A stretch of DNA of 32,000 nucleotides from an archaeon (GTDB lineage Archaea > Asgardarchaeota > Thorarchaeia > Thorarchaeales > Thorarchaeaceae), in assembly GCA_024275415.1 (NCBI GenBank), contig JAJRZD010000017.1, positions 60,001 through 92,000 of the forward strand. Reading direction: 5' to 3'. Both the position numbers and the translations under genes were made by a program. This document shows, in pieces, positions 10,264 to 17,237 of the stretch (positions are counted from its first letter, which is position 1; each line of letters starts with the position of its first letter). The notes under the pieces were generated by a model, which had not been told where the DNA came from, made no database searches, and saw only the letters and a list, made by a program, of their open reading frames with translations.

Positions 10264-10818
10264 TTCACCTCAAAGTTTAACCAAGATGCCTGTTTTTTTG
10301 ATACAAAAAACATGTTTCTATGGGTAGCGGGACGGTTGAGGGACATGATGGATCCAGCAAGGTTTCTTGAGGAAAGTCCGACTTTTACGAAAGGCACCGG
10401 ACAAGGGCATGCATATGAAACCGTTCGGCCTTCCGCACAGGGATAACTTTGATACATTCAATCCTAGTTCCTCTGAGCCCTCTTGTTATGTTGGTAGAAC
10501 AGGGAAAGTCTGGTGGCACTTTCAACACTGCAACAAGACAATCCTTATTGAGTTGGCGATGTTTATCTGGGATGATATCTCTCGCAAGAGCATATGACCA
10601 AACTCTTTGCTGGTCGTCCTCCCCACTTGTCGGCAACCTTATTGATAATAGGAAATTACTTCAAGTGTCCGTCTAAGGGTTGTCCATGTTTAGACAAGTC
10701 TAGCGCAGCTGTTTGCAATCTTCATTACTATAGCCCCATTACGAAATGTACTTCATCGCTTAGCCCTTAAATTGTCAGCTGTCAAAACTACCCTATCTTG
10801 GTTAAACTTTGAGGTGAA
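10264..10818. repeat. Perfect 24-bp inverted repeat enclosing 507 bp
   Basis: 10264-10287 TTCACCTCAAAGTTTAACCAAGAT is the exact reverse complement of 10795-10818 ATCTTGGTTAAACTTTGAGGTGAA. Confidence 0.95.
10322..10794 (+). ncRNA. Candidate structured RNA with RNase P-like motifs (unclassified)
   Basis: Nested end-to-end stems with G-U wobbles on the + strand, plus GAGGAAAGTCC at 10369-10379 and a CTC-GCAA-GAG tetraloop hairpin. No convincing ORF and no canonical CR-V. Confidence 0.35.
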
Positions 10819-10840
10819 ATTTCTCCAATTGGGCTATTAT
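10801..10840 (+). promoter_or_regulatory. Pseudo-palindromic site (GGTGAAA-TTTCTCC) followed by a TATA-like TATTATA, upstream of the repair operon
   Basis: 34 of 41 aligned columns are identical to 29602-29640, and the site overlaps the right arm of the 24-bp inverted repeat. Confidence 0.5.
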
Positions 10841-10995
10841 AGGGCATATAACGTCTGTTTTAATGATATGTCAAGATAAAATTTGATAATGGGGTCTATC
10901 ATAACTTATCTAACCTGACAGAGCGATGTTTTCTCTTATCGTCTCTTTTGCAAAAGTAGATACCAATTGTATGTACTATTAGTATCGAGTGAAAA

Positions 10996-11679
10996 GTGAT
11001 GTCATGTTCGAGGATTGAGGCGGCTCTTAAACGAGCCAAAGATGACCCTTCAACGAACCTTGTTGCTCTCCTACAGGACGCCCTCAAAGGAATGGACTTG
11101 GAAGTTGAAAGTGCTGAATATGTGGATGGACACTATCTCAGCGTGCTATTCAGTCTTCCAAGTAGAAACCACAGGGTTCGGGCTGAAAATGATTGGACGC
11201 CCTATGTCATAAGTGATGCACTGGACTTGATTCCGTTGGTCGCACTAATCATCGAGCAAGACCAAAATTGGGTCAAGCTCGGGGGGTTTCAATGCAGCAG
11301 CCATGGGTCTGTATATCTAGGATTCCACGAATTCACAATTCAGAAGCTAGCGATATCGTTCCATAAGACTGTCACTCGTTGGACACAATGGAAGGCTGTT
11401 CTTCGCAAGATACTTGAGGGACATTTCTCTTACGCCTTGGATTGGGACGCATTTCTCAGGGCAGAAACCGAGAAGGCCTCAATGCAGATTCCTGATTCGA
11501 TTAGGACACAAGCATACTACCACCTATTTCTCGCCTCACGTTCATTGTTTCACTCAGTTCTTACTCGACAGCAACTGGAGCATAGGGAGATCCAACGACT
11601 GCTTGAGTGGTTGAAGGTACTTCACGCCCAGTCATTGCAGGTCGAGTACAATGAAGAATATGCGGAGAGTGCAGTTTAG
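10996..11679 (+). CDS. Hypothetical protein, first gene of the operon
   Basis: 227-aa ORF (GTG 10996 or ATG 10999) ending 2 nt before the next ATG. No family recognised. Confidence 0.75.
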   Translation: MMSCSRIEAALKRAKDDPSTNLVALLQDALKGMDLEVESAEYVDGHYLSVLFSLPSRNHRVRAENDWTPYVISDALDLIPLVALIIEQDQNWVKLGGFQCSSHGSVYLGFHEFTIQKLAISFHKTVTRWTQWKAVLRKILEGHFSYALDWDAFLRAETEKASMQIPDSIRTQAYYHLFLASRSLFHSVLTRQQLEHREIQRLLEWLKVLHAQSLQVEYNEEYAESAV

Positions 11680-11681
11680 TC

Positions 11682-12131
11682 ATGCTAACGAATGAGATGT
11701 TACATAGTTACTCGACTCAGATTGGAGACCTACCGGACTTGGGATGGCTTTCAGGTTTTCTTGGTGGGTTACGAATTGTGAGAGAACGGACACCAGCTTG
11801 GCGATGGAAGCCCTTCTTCGATGATATGAACCACCTAGTCAAGGTTCTGGGAGTGAAGAAGGCAACCATGCCCGGAGAATCGCCTCCGTCGGGTACACGT
11901 CTGGCAGCCTTGGGAGGCTACATCAGCGTGACTGGCAGGATAGCGAACAATTCACTGGAGATACCACTGCCTGATTCCAAAAATGGCAGGATACGACGCC
12001 TGCTGAATTGTGAGAGGTTCCAGTACCACGTCGATAGGGTAGAGGTTCCTCTGGAACTCGTCGATGCCCTTGTTTCCCAAGTGAAACTAGATGGGCCCTT
12101 GCTAGAGCTAATTGAGGAGGCTGAACCTTAA
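11682..12131 (+). CDS. Hypothetical protein, possible degenerate LAGLIDADG-fold DNA-binding protein
   Basis: Coupled ORF. Two segments (LGWLSGFLGGLRIV and RLAALGGYISVTGRI) resemble LAGLIDADG helices lacking the acidic residues. The fold call is weak. Confidence 0.6.
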   Translation: MLTNEMLHSYSTQIGDLPDLGWLSGFLGGLRIVRERTPAWRWKPFFDDMNHLVKVLGVKKATMPGESPPSGTRLAALGGYISVTGRIANNSLEIPLPDSKNGRIRRLLNCERFQYHVDRVEVPLELVDALVSQVKLDGPLLELIEEAEP

Positions 12132-12132
12132 A

Positions 12133-13197
12133 TTGACCGACGTTGAATCCGTTAAGGGTGTAGGACCTCAGCTGGCAAAACAGTTGCGTGCAGCATTCAT
12201 CTGTACTGCTGAAGTCCTTGCAGTCCAGAACCCCGTGGATCTACAGGCTCGGTCGGGGATAACTGAAGGCAAAGTGAAGACCATCATCGAGAACGCCCGA
12301 GAACTGACAAAGCAGGGATTCTTCAAATCCGGGGCAGACGTAGAAAACGAGGAGTTAATGGCACCTCGGCTTCTTACTGGTATTAAGAAAGTAGATGACG
12401 CTCTTCTTGGAGGTATCCCTGAAGGCGCTGTCATCGAGTTCTACGGCCCCGCCAAAGGAGGCAAGACGCAGTGGTGCCATTTTCTTGCATTGCGAACCCA
12501 GCTTCCATTAGCAGAAGGTGGGCTTGATGGAAGAGTCTTGTGGATGGATACCGAAGCATCATTCAAGACTTGGATTGTCCGTGCGAATGCACTACGTTGG
12601 AATATCGACCCTAAAATGGCCCTGGGCAACATCAGAGTGGCTCGATTTGTGCACTCCTCACAGATTGAAGAAGCTTTTGACCAGCTGCCTCAGCTTATCG
12701 AAAATAATGGGATCAAGATGGTGGTTGTTGATTCGCTGTCAAGCTTGTATCGTGTAGAATACACCAAGCTGAATGACCTGAAACTACGACAGCAAAGGAT
12801 GAACTGGATACTCAATACGATGAGGCGTATCGGTCTTGCAACGGGTGTAGTCTTTGTCTATACAAATCAAGTGATGGACAAGATAGGACAGGGTGGGAGT
12901 CCGAGCATCATCAACCAACCAATAGGCGGGCACATCCTTGCTCATGGCTCCGACTTCAGGTTCTACACCACTAAGGCAGCAGGTACTGACCGTACGTTAA
13001 AGCTCCTAGATAACGCAGGTGTTCCAGCATTCCAGATGGCACTCAAATTCGGATGGGGCGGGTTCTATGACGACATTAACGAGAAGAAAGCCCACGAGGA
13101 ACGAATCGTCGAGGAGCTGAAACGAGTTGACCGATTTGGTTTTGCCCGTGCACAACGGGAGATAATCGAGGAGGCGATTGCTATTGAACCAGAGTGA
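12133..13197 (+). CDS. radA: RadA/Rad51-family recombinase (divergent paralog)
   Basis: N-terminal HhH (VKGVGPQLAKQL), Walker A GPAKGGKT, DTEASF, Walker B VVVDSL, RQQ, TNQV, PIGGHILAH. Likely start is TTG 12133 after GAGGAGG; the track start is 12112. Confidence 0.9.
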   Translation: MTDVESVKGVGPQLAKQLRAAFICTAEVLAVQNPVDLQARSGITEGKVKTIIENARELTKQGFFKSGADVENEELMAPRLLTGIKKVDDALLGGIPEGAVIEFYGPAKGGKTQWCHFLALRTQLPLAEGGLDGRVLWMDTEASFKTWIVRANALRWNIDPKMALGNIRVARFVHSSQIEEAFDQLPQLIENNGIKMVVVDSLSSLYRVEYTKLNDLKLRQQRMNWILNTMRRIGLATGVVFVYTNQVMDKIGQGGSPSIINQPIGGHILAHGSDFRFYTTKAAGTDRTLKLLDNAGVPAFQMALKFGWGGFYDDINEKKAHEERIVEELKRVDRFGFARAQREIIEEAIAIEPE

Positions 13198-13204
13198 GAG
13201 AGGA

Positions 13205-13639
13205 ATGTTCAGAATCTATAGGTGTACATCTTGCAAGTATATCGGATACGCCCAAGTCGAGAGCGAGGCTGACACTTCGTTTTGTTCATTGTGTATGGCA
13301 ATGATCGAGGACAGTCCCGAGATGCAATACGTCGCGACTGCCAATGAGGCCACTGAAGCTGTCTTGGAACTTGCCATTGAGGCTGATCTGCGGAACCCTA
13401 AATCGAAGCGGTTGATGGGACTCGGTTTCAAGAAACGGATATTCAATATCGTTGAGGGTCTCATTGACATGAATCGTGGGAGACCTGTAACACTCAAGGA
13501 GGTTTTGAAAGAGTGTGCACTGGCTGATATCTCTGTTGCGAATACTGAGCACTTCTTGGAAGTCCTACAGGTGGAAGGCAGGATCCGCATCTCATCTGGC
13601 GAGATAACCCTTGGAGGTACGATCTATGACTATGAGTGA
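13205..13639 (+). CDS. Zn-ribbon plus C-terminal winged-helix protein
   Basis: CTSC...CSLC followed by RIFNIVEGL...VTLKEVLKEC...TEHFLEVLQVEGRI, a wH pattern. Likely start ATG 13205; the track start is 13178. Confidence 0.7.
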   Translation: MFRIYRCTSCKYIGYAQVESEADTSFCSLCMAMIEDSPEMQYVATANEATEAVLELAIEADLRNPKSKRLMGLGFKKRIFNIVEGLIDMNRGRPVTLKEVLKECALADISVANTEHFLEVLQVEGRIRISSGEITLGGTIYDYE

Positions 13640-14216
13640 GCATATTCCACGCGGTGTCCACGGCAGAGAACTACTGAGCCTTACCAATCTTCTGATGCGG
13701 AACGAACCGCACAGGATTACCACTGTGACCATCGGTGAGGATAGTAGAGATCCCCCTCTCTATGTCACAACGAGCATCCAGTGGCGTCAGGATGAACGGG
13801 GAACCTATTCCCAGTTGCCTCGACTGCTCTCGTACCTTGAGGTCATGCGGGGAACCAAGGGCGTACCCATGAAGATTCCTCTGAACAAGGGGGAATCCAT
13901 GACCCTATACATCCCTACAGGGAAGTACACTTCGGACATCCCGATGGATCGGAAAGAGGCACTGCATTATTTGCGGGATCTAATACGTAAGGCTACGTCG
14001 TTTACACACGAAACCGCAAAGGAAGTCGAGAACATATTCTGGGACATTGCTCGAAAGCGAGGATTCAGCCCTGATATCGTGGACAGGATCGAGAAAGGCT
14101 CCGAAGGTTTCTCTAGTTCTGCTAACCTGTCGCGTTTCATGGGACTTGTGGAACGATACTTCTCAATCAAGTTCAGGATCCACTCAGCAGAGTCCGTTCT
14201 TCACGTGGAGGAATAG
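13626..14216 (+). CDS. Hypothetical protein
   Basis: Overlaps the upstream stop, with GGAGGT at 13613-13618 before ATG 13626/13632. No family recognised. Confidence 0.7.
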   Translation: MTMSEHIPRGVHGRELLSLTNLLMRNEPHRITTVTIGEDSRDPPLYVTTSIQWRQDERGTYSQLPRLLSYLEVMRGTKGVPMKIPLNKGESMTLYIPTGKYTSDIPMDRKEALHYLRDLIRKATSFTHETAKEVENIFWDIARKRGFSPDIVDRIEKGSEGFSSSANLSRFMGLVERYFSIKFRIHSAESVLHVEE

Positions 14217-14221
14217 CCATA

Positions 14222-16204
14222 GTGGATGCGCTAGCGTACTTCCCATATGTCCCACGGCAGTCCCAAAAGGATGCCCTCCGTCTTGCCATGGAAACCTTTG
14301 CTAAATCGACAGTGGGTATGCTCAGCGCGGATTGTGGTGTCGGGAAGACGATATCTGCCCTATCAGGGTTCCTAGCTGCACGCAATGAATCCTATGACTT
14401 TAACCTGTTGCTGCTCACACGTACACATTCGCAATCCCGTGTCTTTGAAGAGGAGATAACCGTCCTGCGTGAGAAATTCCGGATATCACACCTCACCAGT
14501 ACGACAATGGTTTCTCGGGGTCATGTGTGTCCAATCCGCAACCAGATTGAAGGAGAGTCGAACCGAGGATTTCTCAGGGCATGCGGTATGATGATTCGCA
14601 GCCACAGGTGCAGTCACTACTGGGATTTCTATTCTCGTAGCCGTGAGGAAGGGAAAGCAGTCCCCTCTGAGTTCGCTATGATTGTCATAGAGTCTCTCTT
14701 AGATATGGGAGTAGTCAATGTTGACCGGATTGCCGAGCACACAGATGCAGTAGGCATGTGTCCATACGAGGTACTCAGGTGGTGCGCTCGAAAGAGCAGG
14801 GTCGTCATCGGTCCGTACTCCTATCTGTTCAAGGAACGTGTCAGGAAACCTTTCCTAGCCTCGTTACACTGGGATCTCCCCGCAGTCGATGTGGTCGTGG
14901 ATGAGGCACATAATCTTCCGGATCATGTCCTTGAGGCTGAAACAGCGAAACTGACAGGAGCCGAGGCATCTTGGCTGATTTCCAACAAGGTGATGCTTGT
15001 CAAGGAAACTGGCATTGAATGGCTAGGAGAGGCCATCGATTTCGTATGGAACACCTTCCTTTCACATGCTGATGAGCTCTTCATGAAGCAAAAGGAGGTC
15101 GTGCTCAGGTCATGGGATGTGGTTCCCCGCTTCATGGATCGCAAAGAACTCGAGGCCCTTCTCAGCAGGACTGAGGTGACTGAGATTGAGGATAGCATCC
15201 CTACTGAGACCCCACTGGACAGGTTTGTCGAGCTTCTATTTTCTGGTGTCAGGGCAGGAGAGAGTGACGATTGGCACATCACTCTTGAGGAAATGCATCG
15301 ATGGAAGGGATACAATGACATCGCGGACACCAAGATAGTTATTCGCCCACTTAATGCAGCTGGCATCATCGCACCTGTCCTACGAACAGCTCGTGCTTCT
15401 CTGCTGATGAGCGGAACCTTGAGACCCACATCACTATATAGTCGTCTCATGGGCGTGCAGGGCGCACTTGAGGAGGACATCACAAGCCCCTTTCCTCGTG
15501 GAAGTCGCATGGTGCTTCTTGAGCAGGAGTTGAGTACGAAGTATACCGAGCGTGGGACGGATTTGTGGAGGAAAATAGCTGGACGAATTGAAACTGCATT
15601 GCAGGCCATGCCTGCAGAGAAGTCCGCCCTTATCGCGTTCCCGAGCTATAACACCATGCAACAAGTGCTCAGCTTCAACATCGACACGGGATACAGGCAA
15701 CGTGTTGTCGAAGAGCGTGGTGCGAAAATCGAAGAATTGATGGAACTCATCATACAAAAGCCCTGTGCTATTTTCCTAGTGTTTGGCGGGAAGTTCAGCG
15801 AAGGTGTTGATCTCGTCCAAGATGGTAGGTCTCTCGTGGATTTGATAATAGGTGTTGGTATCCCGTTCAGTCCTCCCACGCGATACCAACAGGCGTTGCA
15901 AGAGTGGTACGACAAAAGGTTTGGCGAGGGCACTGGTTATTATTACTCGTCAGTAGTCCCCTCTATCCGGAAGGTCGTTCAGCTTATCGGACGGCTCCGA
16001 AGGTCTCCAGAGGACTCTGGGGTTGTCATGCTAGTGGATCGTCGTTTTGGGAGGCATATCAAGATGTTTGGTAAGGGTATCGAGTCTGACTTGTGGCCTT
16101 ACAAGACCGATGAGGAGATTCGATATGCTATCAAGATGTTCAATCAACTTAGGCAGGAGAGTGTAAGAGAGAATGGAACTCCAACAGAATGTTTGGGATG
16201 TTAG
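14222..16204 (+). CDS. xpd: XPD/Rad3/DinG-family Fe-S 5'-3' DNA helicase
   Basis: Q-motif PRQSQ, Walker A ADCGVGKT, four Fe-S cysteines (HVCP, RACG, HRCS, GMCPY), DEAHNL, SGT, GKFSEGVD, GVGIPF, QLIGRLRR. Confidence 0.92.
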   Translation: MDALAYFPYVPRQSQKDALRLAMETFAKSTVGMLSADCGVGKTISALSGFLAARNESYDFNLLLLTRTHSQSRVFEEEITVLREKFRISHLTSTTMVSRGHVCPIRNQIEGESNRGFLRACGMMIRSHRCSHYWDFYSRSREEGKAVPSEFAMIVIESLLDMGVVNVDRIAEHTDAVGMCPYEVLRWCARKSRVVIGPYSYLFKERVRKPFLASLHWDLPAVDVVVDEAHNLPDHVLEAETAKLTGAEASWLISNKVMLVKETGIEWLGEAIDFVWNTFLSHADELFMKQKEVVLRSWDVVPRFMDRKELEALLSRTEVTEIEDSIPTETPLDRFVELLFSGVRAGESDDWHITLEEMHRWKGYNDIADTKIVIRPLNAAGIIAPVLRTARASLLMSGTLRPTSLYSRLMGVQGALEEDITSPFPRGSRMVLLEQELSTKYTERGTDLWRKIAGRIETALQAMPAEKSALIAFPSYNTMQQVLSFNIDTGYRQRVVEERGAKIEELMELIIQKPCAIFLVFGGKFSEGVDLVQDGRSLVDLIIGVGIPFSPPTRYQQALQEWYDKRFGEGTGYYYSSVVPSIRKVVQLIGRLRRSPEDSGVVMLVDRRFGRHIKMFGKGIESDLWPYKTDEEIRYAIKMFNQLRQESVRENGTPTECLGC

Positions 16205-16391
16205 GAATCAGATCGTCAAAGTTTCGGCTGGAGGAGCGGTCGCTATCGTGCTGACAATGATACTAGGCATTGTTGCAGTGATGGTTCTTGGAATCATCAT
16301 GCTATGGGCATTTGGGGCACGCTTGACGCTTCGTGGGATGGGCGGCACTATCGATTACGAGTCGATACAACAACGTGGTGACATCTTGTGA
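16173..16391 (+). CDS. Small membrane protein
   Basis: 72 aa with a ~30-aa hydrophobic stretch. AGGAGAG upstream, and its TGA overlaps the next GTG (GTGA). Confidence 0.6.
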   Translation: MELQQNVWDVRNQIVKVSAGGAVAIVLTMILGIVAVMVLGIIMLWAFGARLTLRGMGGTIDYESIQQRGDIL

Positions 16392-16981
16392 AGATAATGG
16401 ATTCGTCGGCTCTCAGGTGGTCGATCCCCATCTCATTGGCTAGCGCGTGGGGAATCAAGGTGGCATTAGACGGCTCCCCAGATGTTCTCCTACAGAGTGT
16501 CATCGGGACTGCTGCACTTCTCTTGGTGGTCATGCTTGTCATCAGGAACAGAGGAACCACCCGGATTTTCTGGGACGCGGAGAGGAGCCTACTGGCAATT
16601 GTCAGGACATGGACAATCGAGGTCAGCGCGGGACGCATGATAGAGAGCATACCCACCGAGATTGATCTCTCCCACAACAGCAGACGGGTCTTGGTCGCCA
16701 TGGGTGCACGGTATGAAGACGAAGAAGGCGGCGAGCTGACGTTCTCTGTCCTGCGCCCCCTTGAGAGCGCACCTACGCTCATGGGGTTTGTTGTTTCACG
16801 AAAGAAGATGAGGATCGTCCGCGACTATGTGGATATGCAGTGCTTGGCCGATATGGTCACCAGTGACTCGCAGGTTCTTGAAAGTGCTATGCGAGCATCA
16901 TTCTATCACACACCAATTTCAGTGGCTACCGCCGAGACCTTGGTGAGGATGAAGTCTGGAGGGGTCGCTCTTGCTCGGTAG
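16388..16981 (+). CDS. Membrane protein with two N-terminal hydrophobic segments
   Basis: WSIPISLASAWGIKVAL and VIGTAALLLVVMLVI followed by a soluble domain; coupled to neighbours on both sides. Confidence 0.7.
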   Translation: MKIMDSSALRWSIPISLASAWGIKVALDGSPDVLLQSVIGTAALLLVVMLVIRNRGTTRIFWDAERSLLAIVRTWTIEVSAGRMIESIPTEIDLSHNSRRVLVAMGARYEDEEGGELTFSVLRPLESAPTLMGFVVSRKKMRIVRDYVDMQCLADMVTSDSQVLESAMRASFYHTPISVATAETLVRMKSGGVALAR

Positions 16982-17237
16982 TGATGTGATCTACCTAGAG
17001 ATTCCATCATCCCTTCCCCTCCCCTCACTGATGGAGTCCCTTGCGATCGGACACGGCTACCAATGGACAGTCCTCGTAAAGACGCCCAAATTTGTTGCGT
17101 GGGGCAAGACTTCGATGGGGCCCGAAACTGAAGTACTGATCATTGGCAGACAGATGGTTCTGCAAAGTCAGCCCGCTATGGGTGAGCGGATGAAGCATCT
17201 AATCAAGGTGCTGGCGAGAAGGAGGAAACAGCGATGA
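16971..17237 (+). CDS. Small hypothetical protein
   Basis: TTG start after GGAGGGG; stop overlaps the next ATG (ATGA). Confidence 0.6.
   Translation: MLGSDVIYLEIPSSLPLPSLMESLAIGHGYQWTVLVKTPKFVAWGKTSMGPETEVLIIGRQMVLQSQPAMGERMKHLIKVLARRRKQR

Noticed and set aside
10027-10676. Short ORFs in the AT-rich intergenic region (10027, 10367, 10385, 10449)
   Set aside because: Mutually overlapping, with no SD or motifs, and they run through the repeat and hairpin structures.
10322-10794. Definitive RNase P RNA (rnpB) call
   Set aside because: CR-I is present, but there is no canonical CR-V or perfect P4 partner (GTCGGCTT is absent) and the CR-II/III-like words are degenerate. Kept only as a candidate ncRNA.
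10264-10818. MITE
   Set aside because: No target-site duplication (flanks ...AGTCTA and ATTTCT...). Similarity to the third copy extends beyond the right arm, which does not fit a transposon end.
10808-10818. GAGGTGA in the repeated motif as a simple Shine-Dalgarno site
   Set aside because: None of the three copies is followed by a start codon at SD distance.
9901-10995. Replication origin (ORB pair around a DUE)
   Set aside because: The repeat lacks the TCCA-TGGAAA/G-string ORB consensus, the AT-rich tracts lie outside rather than between the arms, and no cdc6/orc1 gene is adjacent.
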